Assembly: GCA_036796275.1 (NCBI GenBank)
Contig: DAIRDG010000009.1
Location: 1,911 to 65,910, forward strand
Origin: Flavobacterium sp.
GTDB lineage: Bacteria; Bacteroidota; Bacteroidia; Flavobacteriales; Flavobacteriaceae
Direction: 5' to 3'
DNA: 64,000 nucleotides
Every line of letters starts with the position of its first letter. Within the stretch, counting starts at the first letter, position 1. A program made the translations under genes and the position numbers. Under the pieces are notes generated by a model. It ran no database searches. It had not been told where the DNA came from and worked only from the letters and a program-made list of their open reading frames with translations. Below, piece by piece: positions 10,458 to 21,873 of the stretch.

Positions 10458-11036
10458 TTAGGCTTCTGACGCTACAAACCCTTTCACCAATTCATAAGCC
10501 TCTTGCAAGGCCACAGATAAATCATAATTTTTGATGATTTTATCAAATTGCGGAGCCGTAGCCAACTCTACATGGGCTTTGGCAATTCGCATGTCTATTT
10601 TGGCATCCGATTCTGTTGAGCGTTGCTTGAGTCTTTTTTTAAGTTCATCTACACTAGGGGGTTTTACAAAAACAGCCAAGGTTTCTTCCGGAAATTTTTT
10701 CTTAATTCTAAGGCCCCCAGCCACATCAATATCAAAAATAACGTGCTTGCCAAGATCCCAAATGCGTTGTACTTCAGATTGCAAGGTGCCATAAAAATTG
10801 TCTGTATACACCTCTTCCCACTCTATAAAATCCTCGTTTTTAATGTGGTTTTTAAACTGTTGCCAATCTATAAAATAATAATCTTTGCCGTTTACTTCCA
10901 CTCCTCTCGGGGCCCTGGTAGTGCAAGAGATTGAAAACTCTAAATTGAGTTCGTTTTGTGCCAATAAGTGCCTCACGATGGTGGTTTTTCCAGATCCTGA
11001 TGGAGCAGAAAATACAATAAGTTTTCCTTTTTTCAT
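10458..11036 (-). CDS. gmk: Guanylate kinase
   Basis: 192 aa. P-loop SAPSGSGKTT and TTRAPR motif. Confidence 0.93.
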   Translation of the reverse strand: MKKGKLIVFSAPSGSGKTTIVRHLLAQNELNLEFSISCTTRAPRGVEVNGKDYYFIDWQQFKNHIKNEDFIEWEEVYTDNFYGTLQSEVQRIWDLGKHVIFDIDVAGGLRIKKKFPEETLAVFVKPPSVDELKKRLKQRSTESDAKIDMRIAKAHVELATAPQFDKIIKNYDLSVALQEAYELVKGFVASEA

Positions 11037-11046
11037 GGTATCTTAT

Positions 11047-11907
11047 TTATAACACATTAAGGCATTGTTCTTTTATTTTCTCTAATTCGTCTTTCATCAA
11101 TACTACAGATTTTTGAATGCCAGCATGATTAGCTTTTGAGCCTAGGGTGTTTATTTCTCTGCCTATTTCTTGCAAAATAAACCCTAATTTTCTTCCATTG
11201 CCATTGTTGTCTTTCATGGTTTCAAGAAAATAATCTAAGTGATTGCTCAATCTTACTTTCTCTTCGGTAATGTCGAGCTTTTCTAGGTAGTAAATCAGTT
11301 CTTGTTCAAAGCGGTTCAAATCAACCTCTACTGCCAATTGCTCTAAAGCGGTTTTTAAACGGTTTTGTAACGTGGTTTTTCTTTCGCTTTCAAAAACCTC
11401 AACCGATTGTAACAACTGTTGAATGTTGTTAATTCGGAGGGTAAAATCTTTGGCTAAAACATCTCCTTCGTTTACGCGAAAGGTCTCTATTTGCTGTAAG
11501 GCCTCCTCTAAAACCTCTTTTACGATGCCCCAATCTTCTTCCTCTAATGTTTCGCGTTCGGTTTTTAGTGTTTCCGGAAGCTTTAGTGCCAGTTTTATCA
11601 ATTCTAACGACGGAATTGCCTCATCTAATTGATTGATTTGTTGCATATAATTTTTTACAACTGGCACATTTATTTGATGGTTGGTAACCTCAGATTCGTT
11701 TTCTACATAGATGCTTAAATCAATTTTGCCTCTCATCAAACTATCAGATAACAAGGTTCTAATGGTCATTTCGTGTTCTCTGATAAACTGAGGTAACCTT
11801 ACATTTAGGTCTAAGGTTTTGCTGTTAAGGCTTTTGATCTCAACCGTAATTTTTTTGTTTGGTAACATTTTGGTGGCCTTACCATAGCCTGTCATCGATA
11901 TAATCAT
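11047..11907 (-). CDS. YicC/YloC family protein
   Basis: 286 aa. N-terminal SMTGYGKA and C-terminal QEIGREINTLGSKAN motifs are characteristic of YicC. Confidence 0.85.
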   Translation of the reverse strand: MIISMTGYGKATKMLPNKKITVEIKSLNSKTLDLNVRLPQFIREHEMTIRTLLSDSLMRGKIDLSIYVENESEVTNHQINVPVVKNYMQQINQLDEAIPSLELIKLALKLPETLKTERETLEEEDWGIVKEVLEEALQQIETFRVNEGDVLAKDFTLRINNIQQLLQSVEVFESERKTTLQNRLKTALEQLAVEVDLNRFEQELIYYLEKLDITEEKVRLSNHLDYFLETMKDNNGNGRKLGFILQEIGREINTLGSKANHAGIQKSVVLMKDELEKIKEQCLNVL

Positions 11908-11913
11908 GGGTGT

Positions 11914-12363
11914 TTATTTTGTGCCTGTGCTGCCAAAACCTCCTTGGCCTCTTTGTGTGTTATTTAATTCTTCAACGCTTTGCCAAGAAATTCTTTGGTA
12001 AGGGGCTATTACCAATTGGGCTATTCGGTCGCCGTTTTCTATCAAAAAATCCTCCTCACTCAGGTTGATTAATATCACTCCTATTTCTCCTCTATAATCT
12101 GCGTCTATGGTGCCGGGTGAATTTAATACGGTGATGCCTTTTTTTAACGCCAAACCACTTCTGGGCCTCACTTGTGCTTCAAAACCATGGGGCAATGCTA
12201 TCATCAAACCAGTTTTAACCAAAGTCCGTTGCAAGGGTTTTAGAATAATTGGGTCTGTAATCGCTGCCCTTAAATCCATGCCTGCAGACCCCTCGCTTTC
12301 ATAATGAGGCAAGCTGTGATGAGATAAATTTACAATTTTTACTGCTAAGGTGTTTTGTTCCAT
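11914..12363 (-). CDS. dut: dUTP diphosphatase
   Basis: 149 aa. Contains [16 protein letters not shown] and [11 protein letters not shown] motifs. Confidence 0.93.
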   Translation of the reverse strand: MEQNTLAVKIVNLSHHSLPHYESEGSAGMDLRAAITDPIILKPLQRTLVKTGLMIALPHGFEAQVRPRSGLALKKGITVLNSPGTIDADYRGEIGVILINLSEEDFLIENGDRIAQLVIAPYQRISWQSVEELNNTQRGQGGFGSTGTK

Positions 12364-13796
12364 AATAATTTTTGAAAGTTGTTTTTTTCTTTAAAAAAAA
12401 CCAATGCCAACAAGATAATAAAAAATAAGCTTCCGATGGTATAGTTTTCTCTAAATAAATAAAAATAGACCCCCGAAAACACCGTAGAAACGGTTATGTA
12501 CAGCACCATATCAAATTTTGGATACGGAATGGGATATTTTTTTTGACCCCAGTAATAAGATATCAAAGCCATGAGCCCATAAGCCAATATGGTAGCTATT
12601 GCAGAGCCTACATAGCCCAAAGCTGGTATGGTCCAGAAGTTGATACCAATGGTGACTAATGCACCCAAAACCGAAATAAAAGCCCCTATCCAGGTTTTAT
12701 CTATAACCTTGTACCACACGGAGAGGTTGGTATAAATACCCAATAAAAAATTAGCCATTACAATCAGTGGTACTATGCTCATGGCCTCCCAATAACTGGG
12801 GTTTCTTATCATAATAGGTTTAATGATGTCGGCCATTAAAATCACTATAAACATGATGAGAGAACCCAAAATCACAAAATATTTTGAAATATTAGCGTAG
12901 GTTTCTGGGGCGTTTTTTTCTTGAGCTTGGCTAAAGAAAAAAGGTTCAATGCCTAAAGAAAATGCGGTTCTGAACAACACCATAAAAACCCCAATTTTAT
13001 AACAGGCACTATAGGCCCCTATTTGATGCAAGGGCACGTGCAATATTTTGAGTAATATTTTGTCAAAATGCTCATTAATGGCAAAGGCCAAACCTGCCAA
13101 TAAAATAGGGATGCCATATCGCATCATTTGTTGCCATGTTTTAAAAGAAAACACGCCTTGTAAATTAAAATACTTGGGTAAAAACACCAAAAGCGTAACC
13201 CCACTTGCCACCAAATTGGCAATAAATACGTAGGCAATTTTGTCTTCTCTAAGCCATATGGGCCAAAATTCAGAGTTGTTTAAAGCCAGCTTTGGCAAAA
13301 AAATAAGTAAAAAAATATTCAATCCTAACATAATGCCAACATTGGCAATTTTAATAAGAGCAAACGTCAGGGCTTTTTTTTGAGCTCTTAACAAGGCAAA
13401 CGGAACAACTACTAAGGAATCAAAAAACAAAATCCAAATAGCATATCTCACAATTTCAGTCGAAACACTAATGCCTGAAGCTATGGTTTTATGAAATATG
13501 AGAGCCAAAACTAAAAAAACTAATGAGCTTACAAATACTGACCATTGAGCAGTGGCTCTGATATCTTCTTTTTGTTCTGATTTGTGAAAAAACCGAAAAA
13601 AGGTGGTTTCCATACCATAAGACAACACCACATTAAAAAAAATGACATACGAAAACACTATCGTAATAAGTCCGTAGTCTTTATTACTGAGCACATCCGT
13701 ATAAAGTGGCACCAATAAAAACGTAAACATTCTAGGTAAGACCGTGGCCAAACCATAAATAAACGTTTGATTAATTAAAGATTTTGTGCTATTCAA
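12345..13796 (-). CDS. Polysaccharide biosynthesis protein / oligosaccharide flippase (MOP superfamily)
   Basis: 483 aa polytopic membrane protein with a Wzx/MOP-like N-terminus. Its last 19 nt overlap the dut start. Confidence 0.72.
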   Translation of the reverse strand: MNSTKSLINQTFIYGLATVLPRMFTFLLVPLYTDVLSNKDYGLITIVFSYVIFFNVVLSYGMETTFFRFFHKSEQKEDIRATAQWSVFVSSLVFLVLALIFHKTIASGISVSTEIVRYAIWILFFDSLVVVPFALLRAQKKALTFALIKIANVGIMLGLNIFLLIFLPKLALNNSEFWPIWLREDKIAYVFIANLVASGVTLLVFLPKYFNLQGVFSFKTWQQMMRYGIPILLAGLAFAINEHFDKILLKILHVPLHQIGAYSACYKIGVFMVLFRTAFSLGIEPFFFSQAQEKNAPETYANISKYFVILGSLIMFIVILMADIIKPIMIRNPSYWEAMSIVPLIVMANFLLGIYTNLSVWYKVIDKTWIGAFISVLGALVTIGINFWTIPALGYVGSAIATILAYGLMALISYYWGQKKYPIPYPKFDMVLYITVSTVFSGVYFYLFRENYTIGSLFFIILLALVFFKEKNNFQKLLWNKTP

Positions 13797-13893
13797 AGAA
13801 TGGTTTTACTAATTTTGGGGTAAAGATAATTAAAAAAGTATGTTTTGTTTACCGCTTTAATTTGTAAATACTTTATGTTGGTTTCATTAAAAT

Positions 13894-16800
13894 TTAAACA
13901 TCATGCAAAAACGCCTCTATGATCTTTAAATTTTCAAACGCTTTTTGTATGGTTTTTACCCCTTCAAAGGTTAGCAACAACCGCAAGCCTTGCTTGGTTT
14001 GTTTTTCTTTGATGGTGCACAACTTTGGGTGCTGGTGCACAAACTGCATAATCTTGATAAAGTTTGCTGTGTTATAAAAAGCAGATTCTTGATTGCTGAT
14101 AAAATACCCTATCATTTTGTGTTCTTTGAGGATGATTTTTTCTAAACCCAATGACTGTGCTAGCCATTTTATTTCTACACTTTTTAGCAAATCAACCGAT
14201 GGTTTTGGCAAAGGTCCAAATCTGTCTGTTAGTTCATTTAGATAAGCTTGCAATGTGTCTAAATTGCTTACTTGGCTAAGTTTATTATATAAGTTTAGCC
14301 TTTCGGTTACACTGTTGATATAATCATCCGGAAACATAAGCTCAAAATCGGTATCGATGGTAAAATCTTTCACATAACTTTTTTGAGGGTCTTGCTCATA
14401 CAAGTCTTTAAACTCTTTTTCTTTGAGTTCATCAACGGCTTCTTGCATAATTTTTTGATAGGTTTCAAACCCAATGTCATTAATGAATCCGCTTTGTTCG
14501 CCTCCCAACAAATCTCCGGCTCCTCTAATTTCTAGGTCTTTCATGGCTATATGAATGCCACTGCCCAACTCTCGGTATTGCTCTACGGCCTGAATGCGTT
14601 TGCGGGCATCTTCGGTCATTTGATGATAGGGCGGTGCTATAAAATAGCAAAAAGCTTTTTTGTTGCTTCTGCCCACCCGCCCTCTCATTTGATGCAAATC
14701 TGACAGGCCAAAGTTTTGAGCATTGTTTATAAAAATGGTGTTGGCATTGGGCACATCTAAACCACTTTCTATGATGGTTGTAGACACCAATACATCATAA
14801 GCCCCTTCAATAAAAGAGAGCATGATTTCTTCTAATTTTTGCCCGTTTAACTGTCCGTGTCCAATGGCTATTTTGGCATCGGGTACCAAGCGTTGTATGA
14901 TGCCTGCTATTTCGTTGATGTTGTCTACACGGTTGTGAATAAAAAATACCTGCCCCCCTCTTTGTAATTCATAACTAATGGCATCTCTTATTTGCTCTTC
15001 AGACCATCTAATTACCAAACTTTCTATGGGATATCGGTTGGGTGGTGGTGTTTTGATAACGCTTAAATCTCGGGCTGCCATCAAAGAAAACTGCAGCGTT
15101 CTAGGGATTGGAGTAGCCGTAAGGGTAAGGGTATCTACATCTGGGGCAATGGTTTTTAGTTTGTCTTTTACGTTGACCCCAAATTTTTGTTCTTCGTCTA
15201 TAACCAACAAGCCTAGGTCTTTAAATTGCACGCTTTTGCTTACCAATTGGTGCGTCCCAATGATGATGTCGCATTGGCCAGAAGCCAAGTCTTTGAGGAT
15301 TTGTGTTTTTTGCTTAGCTGATTTAAACCTATTTAAGTATTCAATTTTTACGGGGAGCCCTTTCATTCTTTCAGAAAAAGTTCTGTAATGTTGGTAGGCT
15401 AAAATGGTGGTAGGCACCAACACAGCCACTTGCTTGCTGTTGTCTACGGCCTTAAAAGCGGCTCTTATGGCCACTTCGGTTTTGCCAAAACCTACATCAC
15501 CACAGACCAGCCGATCCATGGGTTTTTCTTGTTCCATGTCTTGTTTTACCTCGAGGGTGGCTTGCAACTGATCTGGGGTATCTTCGTAGATAAAAGAACT
15601 TTCTAATTCTTTTTGCAAATACGAATCTGGGGCAAAGGCATGTCCTTTTTGCAGGGTGCGTTTGGCATATAATTGAATCAAATCAAAAGCCATTTTTTTG
15701 ATGCGGCTCTTGGTTTTTTCTTTAACGGCTTTCCAAGCTTTAGAACCTAATTTATAAATTTTAGGGGCTGTGCCTTCTTTGCCATTATACTTGGCAATTT
15801 TGTGCAAGGCGTGAATGCTGACGTATACAATGTCGTTTTCTGCATACACTAATTTGATGGCCTCTTGTTTTTGGCCATTTACCTCAATTTTTTGAAGCCC
15901 TCCAAACTTTCCTATCCCGTGATCTATATGCGTTACATAGTCACCAATTTCAAGTTGATTGAGATCTTTGAGTGACAACGATTGCTTTTTTAGGGCAACA
16001 TTCTTGAGTTGAAATTTGTGGTAACGTTCAAATATTTGATGATCGGTATAGCAAGCCAATTGGTGCTGAACATCTAGAAACCCTTGATGAATTGGCAACA
16101 CCAAAGATTGGTAATTTAAATCGTCTTGATGGGTTTCTGTTTTGATGTTTTCAAAAATATCTTCAAATCTTTTTACCTGACTGTTTGATGAACACAACAA
16201 ATAATTTTGCAAACCATTAAAATAATTTTCTTTAAGATGGTCTATCAACACCTCAAACTGTTTGTTGAACGAGGGCTGCGGTTGCATCATAAAGTCTATG
16301 GTGTAAGCTTCATTAAACGAGCTCTTATTGCCCAATTCAACGGCCTTAAACGTTTCTATTTTGTTTAACAAGGTGACTCCATCACAAAACAATTGTTCTG
16401 GTTTGGCTTTTTTGATGTCTTGAGACAATCCTTGCCAAATGTTTTGTGCCAACACAAATTGCTCGTTTAGTTGCTGAACCGCTTCTTGCAATTCGTCGAT
16501 AAAAATTACGGTTTCAGAATTAATAAAATCAAAAAAAGTTTGTCGGGCTTCGGTTGATTTTTTTTGTTCGATGTTCGATACAATTTCGCATTGTGTCTGT
16601 GTTTTCACCGACATTTGTGTTTCGATGTCAAAAGTTCGGATACTGTCTATTTCATTGCCAAAAAACTCTATTCTATAGGGCTCATCATGGGCATAAGAAA
16701 ACACATCGATGATGCCCCCTCGCAACGAAAATTCGCCAGGTTCTGACACAAAATCTACCCGCACAAAGCCATACTCAAACAAAGTTTCGTTTACAAAATC

Positions 16801-17259
16801 TACAGAAAGCGTTTCTCCCACATGCAAGCTCAAGGTGTTTTGTTGTAGTGTTTTTTGGGTTATCACTTGCTCAAACAAGGCCTCCGGATAAGTCACTATA
16901 AGCAATTGTTGTTTGGCTCTTGCAATTTTATTAAGTACTTCTGCTCTCAGCAAAATATTGGCATTGTCTGTTTGTTCTACCTGATAAGGCCTTTTGTAGG
17001 AGCTGGGGTAAAATAATACTTGGGCTTGGTTAATAAACAATTCTAAATCATTATGATGAAAGGCTGCTGATTCTTTGTCAGGAAAAATCAACAAAAAATG
17101 ATGTGGTAAGTGCTTAAATAAAGCGTCTGTAACAAAAGATGTTCCTGAGCCAATTAACCCTTTGAGTAGTAATTTTTGATACGGCTTTTGCAGTTGTTTG
17201 GCTGCATCTAATACTTTTGAGCTGCTGTGGTAGCTATTAAATAGAAGGTCTAGAGTCAA
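13894..17259 (-). CDS. mfd: Transcription-repair coupling factor
   Basis: 1121 aa. CarD-like segment (GDYVTHIDHGIGKF), DEAD/H helicase motifs (GDVGFGKTEVA, VIDEEQKFGV) and a TRCF C-terminal region. Confidence 0.95.
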   Translation of the reverse strand: MTLDLLFNSYHSSSKVLDAAKQLQKPYQKLLLKGLIGSGTSFVTDALFKHLPHHFLLIFPDKESAAFHHNDLELFINQAQVLFYPSSYKRPYQVEQTDNANILLRAEVLNKIARAKQQLLIVTYPEALFEQVITQKTLQQNTLSLHVGETLSVDFVNETLFEYGFVRVDFVSEPGEFSLRGGIIDVFSYAHDEPYRIEFFGNEIDSIRTFDIETQMSVKTQTQCEIVSNIEQKKSTEARQTFFDFINSETVIFIDELQEAVQQLNEQFVLAQNIWQGLSQDIKKAKPEQLFCDGVTLLNKIETFKAVELGNKSSFNEAYTIDFMMQPQPSFNKQFEVLIDHLKENYFNGLQNYLLCSSNSQVKRFEDIFENIKTETHQDDLNYQSLVLPIHQGFLDVQHQLACYTDHQIFERYHKFQLKNVALKKQSLSLKDLNQLEIGDYVTHIDHGIGKFGGLQKIEVNGQKQEAIKLVYAENDIVYVSIHALHKIAKYNGKEGTAPKIYKLGSKAWKAVKEKTKSRIKKMAFDLIQLYAKRTLQKGHAFAPDSYLQKELESSFIYEDTPDQLQATLEVKQDMEQEKPMDRLVCGDVGFGKTEVAIRAAFKAVDNSKQVAVLVPTTILAYQHYRTFSERMKGLPVKIEYLNRFKSAKQKTQILKDLASGQCDIIIGTHQLVSKSVQFKDLGLLVIDEEQKFGVNVKDKLKTIAPDVDTLTLTATPIPRTLQFSLMAARDLSVIKTPPPNRYPIESLVIRWSEEQIRDAISYELQRGGQVFFIHNRVDNINEIAGIIQRLVPDAKIAIGHGQLNGQKLEEIMLSFIEGAYDVLVSTTIIESGLDVPNANTIFINNAQNFGLSDLHQMRGRVGRSNKKAFCYFIAPPYHQMTEDARKRIQAVEQYRELGSGIHIAMKDLEIRGAGDLLGGEQSGFINDIGFETYQKIMQEAVDELKEKEFKDLYEQDPQKSYVKDFTIDTDFELMFPDDYINSVTERLNLYNKLSQVSNLDTLQAYLNELTDRFGPLPKPSVDLLKSVEIKWLAQSLGLEKIILKEHKMIGYFISNQESAFYNTANFIKIMQFVHQHPKLCTIKEKQTKQGLRLLLTFEGVKTIQKAFENLKIIEAFLHDV

Positions 17260-17863
17260 TGGATTGGTCTTTTATTTCGGTTGATTTGGCTGCTCGGCTA
17301 GTGTCTTTTAATCTTTGTAGCATCTCTAATTCTCCTTCCTCAATCGGGATTTTGGCTTTAAAGTGAATTTCGTTTACTTTTTGTTCAAAACTGTTGATGG
17401 CAAGTTTAAGATTTTTGAGACTTTTGTTGGCCGGAATCACCAAAATTTGATTTAAGTTTAAATACATAAATGCATTGTTAACTTCAGTTTGAATCAGCTT
17501 TATTCTGCCAATTACTTGTTGGTTGTTGATGAATTCTGGTATATTATTTAGCAAATCATTAGATTTTTCATGCACCAAGTTGATTCTTGCAATAAACGCA
17601 CTCATGGTAGAGGTTGGTTTTTGCTGCAACAACGCTGTAAAATCTTGCCATTCTTGCCAAGATTCTAGTGTTTTTGAGCTTTCTTCGGTGAGTATGGTGG
17701 TGTTAAAATCCCAAGCACTCCGAATGGTTTCAAAGTCTGTTTGGCGTTGTTCCGCATAATCATTGGTCTGGAGGCTTGCCGATTTTTCTTTTTTACAAGA
17801 CCCTACTAAAAATGCTATGCAACAAAAATAAATTACCTTATTCATTAAGTTAAAATTCAACAC
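17237..17863 (-). CDS. Hypothetical lipoprotein
   Basis: 208 aa. Lipobox-like LVGSC after a hydrophobic segment. The real start is probably the internal MNKV. The 3' end overlaps the mfd start by 23 nt. No recognisable domain. Confidence 0.5.
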   Translation of the reverse strand: MLNFNLMNKVIYFCCIAFLVGSCKKEKSASLQTNDYAEQRQTDFETIRSAWDFNTTILTEESSKTLESWQEWQDFTALLQQKPTSTMSAFIARINLVHEKSNDLLNNIPEFINNQQVIGRIKLIQTEVNNAFMYLNLNQILVIPANKSLKNLKLAINSFEQKVNEIHFKAKIPIEEGELEMLQRLKDTSRAAKSTEIKDQSIDSRPSI

Positions 17864-17942
17864 AAAAATAATAAATGATAAGGGTTTGAGGGATATTATT
17901 TTAATAAATTTCTTGTGTCGTTTTTTTTAAATTATTCTTTAC

Positions 17943-18857
17943 TTATTCTTCTGCAAATAATAAAGGTTTGCTCGGACTAGCATCGTTTACAAATGAAGCT
18001 ATTTGAAGATTTAATAAGTAACTGCCATCTTTTAGGTGATTAGGTACAAAAATTAGTTCGGTAATGGTGCAATCTAATCTGGCGTCAGGGTTTAACTGTT
18101 GAGTGTTGGTAACGTTCCAAAACGCTTTGTGTGCCAGTAACTGCCCTTGGTCTTTTTCTTTGTCTACACTTGGTAAGTCTATCAATAAATGTTTGATGTT
18201 TTGCTGTCTTAAAAAAACTGCAGCTTCTTGGGTTAGGTAAGGAGGATTTTGATTTGAATAAGCGGCTGTAAGTTTTGCATTATAATTAGGTAAGGTTCTA
18301 ATAATAAGGGCCTCTGATGACGGATTATTTAATAGCTTTTGAATTTGATTTTTGGTAATCACTAAATCTTCTCCCTGTTTTTCTGGTGTTATGCTGATGA
18401 GTTGAGCTTCAAAAAAATATTGGGTTAAGCAATCTTGTATGCTATAAAACTCATGCGTTATGTGGCCTAAACATTCGGTGTGGGTGCCATGGGCATGCGG
18501 GTTAAAAAATATGTTGTTAAAGTTAGTAGACGATTGTCCTAAGGATACCTTTCCGGTCCAATCTCCCATGACAACTGGCAGAATTTGTGGTGGTTGCTGA
18601 TACCACGCTTCCGGATTATCTGCACCGTTTTTTAAAGGGATTGAGATGTCTTGTGGTTTGGTTAAATCGTAAACTTTTCCGGTGGAGGTGGTTATTTTCA
18701 TACTGGATATTGGTTGAGGCTGCTCATTTTTAAATAGCGGCTTGGGGCTGTCGCATAGATTAAAAAATATCAAAATCAAAAATAACAAATAAATACGGGT
18801 AAATTTCATAAGACTTGAATGATTGATTTTAGTTTTAAAAAAACAAGGCCGATTCAT
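17943..18857 (-). CDS. Cyclase family protein (kynurenine formamidase-like fold), secreted
   Basis: 304 aa. HAHGTHTECLGH resembles the HxGTHxDxPxH cyclase motif with substitutions. The likely true start is MKFTRIYLLF (signal peptide). Confidence 0.5.
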   Translation of the reverse strand: MNRPCFFKTKINHSSLMKFTRIYLLFLILIFFNLCDSPKPLFKNEQPQPISSMKITTSTGKVYDLTKPQDISIPLKNGADNPEAWYQQPPQILPVVMGDWTGKVSLGQSSTNFNNIFFNPHAHGTHTECLGHITHEFYSIQDCLTQYFFEAQLISITPEKQGEDLVITKNQIQKLLNNPSSEALIIRTLPNYNAKLTAAYSNQNPPYLTQEAAVFLRQQNIKHLLIDLPSVDKEKDQGQLLAHKAFWNVTNTQQLNPDARLDCTITELIFVPNHLKDGSYLLNLQIASFVNDASPSKPLLFAEE

Positions 18858-18903
18858 TTTAGAACAGCCTTGTTTTTTTGTTTCTTTAAGTAAACACTTC
18901 CAG

Positions 18904-21012
18904 TTACAGCAATCCTCTTTTTTTCAAAAGTGGTTCAATGCTTGGTTCGCTGCCCCTAAATCTTTTATAAAGCTCCATGGGGTCTTCGGTGCCACCTCTT
19001 TCAAGGATGTTTTTTCTGAAAGACAAGGCTTTCTCTTGATTAAATAAGCTGGTTTTTTTAAACTGATCAAAGGCATCGGTATCTAATACCCCAGACCAAA
19101 TATAGCTGTAATAACCAGCCGAGTAGCCTCCAGAAAACACGTGGTTAAAATAGTTAGCTTTGTGTCTGGCAACAATTGAACTTGGCAAGCCTATTTTTTT
19201 CATAGAAGCTACTTCAAAAGCAGCCGCATTGCCAGAAATTGGTTGTGAAATGGTATGAAAATCAATGTCTAAAAACGAAGAGGCTAAATACTCGGCTGTC
19301 TCAAACCCTTGACCAAAAGTGCCTGCTTTTTCAAGTTTTTCAATTAACTCATCCGGAATTGCTTCGCCTGTTTTATAATGCTTAGCATACATTTTGAGTA
19401 CGGTAGGGTCTGCTGCCCAATTTTCCATGACTTGGCTAGGTAATTCTACAAAATCTCTTGGGACATTGGTGCCCGCCAAACTCTGATATTTTACGTTAGA
19501 TAGCAACCCGTGCAAAGCATGACCAAACTCATGAAAATAGGTAGATACCTCATCAAAGGTAAACAAGGCCGGGGCATTTTCGGTGGGTTTGCTAAAATTG
19601 CAAACAATAGAAATAACGGGTTCTTTTCTTTTACCATTCACCATTTCTTGAGAGCGGTAAGAGGTCATCCAAGCTCCACCTCGTTTAGATTCTCTGGGGT
19701 GAAAATCCATGTAAACAATCCCTAAAAGGGTGCCATCTTTTTCTTGCACTTCCCAGGCATTGGCTTCAGGGTGATAGGTTGGAATGTTTTTGATGGGTTT
19801 AAACTGCAACCCAAACAATTGATCACAAACCATAAACACGCCTGCTGTAACATTATCTAAGCTAAAATAAGGCTTTAGTGCTTGCTCGTCTAAATCAAAT
19901 TTGGCTTTTCTAATTTTTTCGCTATAATATCTCCAATCACAAGGCATCACCTCTCCTGCTATGCCGTCTTGCTTCATCATGGCAGCAATTTCTGCTTCTT
20001 CTTCTTTGGCTTTTTGCAAGGTTGGTTTCCAAAGTTTGTTGAGTAATTCTAGTACCGTTTCAGCATTTTTGGCCATGGTTTCTTCCAAAACATACGCTGC
20101 ATGGTTTTCATATCCTAACAGTTTGGCTTTTTGCAATCTCAAATTTGCAAGTTTTATTGCGTTTTGGTTATTGTCTAAATCATCTGCATTGTTGCTTCTA
20201 TTCACATAGGCTGTCCAGATTTGTTTTCTGAGTTCGCGGTTGTCTGCATATTGTAAAAAAGGCATTACCGAAGCGTTTGATAAAGTAAACACCCACTGCC
20301 CTTCTTTGCCTTTTTCTTTGGCGGTGGTTGCCGCATTCTCTATCAGTTCATCTGATAAGCCCGATAAATCTTCTTTATTTTTTATCACCAGTTCAAATTT
20401 GTTGGTTTCGGCCAACACATTTTGCCCAAACTTAAGGGTTAAAACACTCAACTCAGAATTTATACTTCTTAAAACTTCTTTGTCTTCTGGACTCAAATTG
20501 GCACCGCTTCTCACAAAAGACTTATAGGTGTCTTCTAAAAGTTTTGCACTTTCTAAATCGAGATTGGCAGAAGCTTTGTTATCCCAAATGGTTTTAACTT
20601 TGGCAAATAATTGTTCGTTTAAATAAATGTTGTCATTGTGTTCTGATACCATCGGGGCAATGTCTTGTGCTATTTGTTGCATTTCCTCGTTGGTATTGGC
20701 CGAATTGAGGTTATAAAAAACTCTAGAAACTTTGCTGAGCAATTTTCCAGAATTTTCCATCGTCAAAATGGTGTTTTCAAACGTTGGGGCTTCTGCGTTG
20801 CTAACAATTTGATTGATTTCTTCTTGATGTTCTTTGATGCCTTGCTCAAAAGCGGGTTTGTAGTGCTCGTTTTTGATCAAATCAAACGGTGGCACTTCAT
20901 AAGGGGTGGTGTAATCATCAAAAAAAGGGTTATTAGTGCTCATGTTGGTGTCGTTTTTTTTACACTGCGTTAATGATATCATCATCATAAGTAGTAAGAT
21001 TTTAGTTTTCAT
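18904..21012 (-). CDS. dcp: M3 family metallopeptidase (peptidyl-dipeptidase Dcp-like)
   Basis: 702 aa. HEFGHALH zinc motif, signal/lipoprotein N-terminus and M3 family length. Confidence 0.85.
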   Translation of the reverse strand: MKTKILLLMMMISLTQCKKNDTNMSTNNPFFDDYTTPYEVPPFDLIKNEHYKPAFEQGIKEHQEEINQIVSNAEAPTFENTILTMENSGKLLSKVSRVFYNLNSANTNEEMQQIAQDIAPMVSEHNDNIYLNEQLFAKVKTIWDNKASANLDLESAKLLEDTYKSFVRSGANLSPEDKEVLRSINSELSVLTLKFGQNVLAETNKFELVIKNKEDLSGLSDELIENAATTAKEKGKEGQWVFTLSNASVMPFLQYADNRELRKQIWTAYVNRSNNADDLDNNQNAIKLANLRLQKAKLLGYENHAAYVLEETMAKNAETVLELLNKLWKPTLQKAKEEEAEIAAMMKQDGIAGEVMPCDWRYYSEKIRKAKFDLDEQALKPYFSLDNVTAGVFMVCDQLFGLQFKPIKNIPTYHPEANAWEVQEKDGTLLGIVYMDFHPRESKRGGAWMTSYRSQEMVNGKRKEPVISIVCNFSKPTENAPALFTFDEVSTYFHEFGHALHGLLSNVKYQSLAGTNVPRDFVELPSQVMENWAADPTVLKMYAKHYKTGEAIPDELIEKLEKAGTFGQGFETAEYLASSFLDIDFHTISQPISGNAAAFEVASMKKIGLPSSIVARHKANYFNHVFSGGYSAGYYSYIWSGVLDTDAFDQFKKTSLFNQEKALSFRKNILERGGTEDPMELYKRFRGSEPSIEPLLKKRGLL

Positions 21013-21231
21013 TGGTTATTGTTTTTGCTGAAGTTTAAATAATCTGTTATTTAGCTTAATTCTTTTAATAATGATGTTGAATTTAATTTCAATCAAAAAA
21101 CTATTAATAAAATTAAATGGTAAAATTACAAAAATTAAAATTCTTAAAATTTTAAGAAAATCAAAATTTTTAGATTTTTTTTAGCTTTTAGGAAGTTTTC
21201 CTTCTAAAAAAATGTAACTCAAAATCCTAGA

Positions 21232-21873
21232 TTAATTTCTGATAAATTCGTAGTAAACTCCCAATTCAAAACCTATAGAATTTAAACCGTAATTAGGCCA
21301 TTGAAAATTAGCATTAGACGCATGTCTAAAATAAGTTTTAAAATCTATGGCTATATGACTTATTTTATATTGATAGCCAACAGCCAAAATATCACTAAAC
21401 GCAAATCCCTTTTTGAGTCGTTCTGTTTCGGTATCTATATACATTGGGCCAACGTTTAAGTAGGCATACAAAGAGGCTTGAGGGCTTATAAAATATCTGT
21501 AAATAACTCCCAAATTTAATGCGTATTCATTTATTCTTTTAAAAGGCATCAACGCGGCTCTCATTTCCTCCGGATTATCTACCGAGGTAAAATAATCTTG
21601 CCATTCATTAAAACTTTCGTGTTTAGATCTGTAATATGTAGGCTCTATGAGTAATTCCCAAGCATGCTTGTTTTTTGTAATTAAATTAAAATGATTAGAC
21701 CACTTAAAACTATTGTTTTCATATCTGTAATCAGAATCTTGCATGATAAATTGGTTTTGTGAGGCATAGCCATATATAAAGCCTGTTCTTAACCACTTAA
21801 ACTTTTTATCTGACCCTTGGGCAAAAGAGAACTGAAACATCAAGCATAAAAAGATAAAAAGTTGATGTTTCAT
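21232..21873 (-). CDS. Acyloxyacyl hydrolase / lipid A deacylase (PagL-like) outer-membrane beta-barrel
   Basis: 213 aa. Signal peptide ending FAQ, aromatic-rich beta-barrel pattern, HASNANF (the HxSN catalytic motif of the PagL family) and a C-terminal aromatic-rich strand. Confidence 0.55.
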   Translation of the reverse strand: MKHQLFIFLCLMFQFSFAQGSDKKFKWLRTGFIYGYASQNQFIMQDSDYRYENNSFKWSNHFNLITKNKHAWELLIEPTYYRSKHESFNEWQDYFTSVDNPEEMRAALMPFKRINEYALNLGVIYRYFISPQASLYAYLNVGPMYIDTETERLKKGFAFSDILAVGYQYKISHIAIDFKTYFRHASNANFQWPNYGLNSIGFELGVYYEFIRN

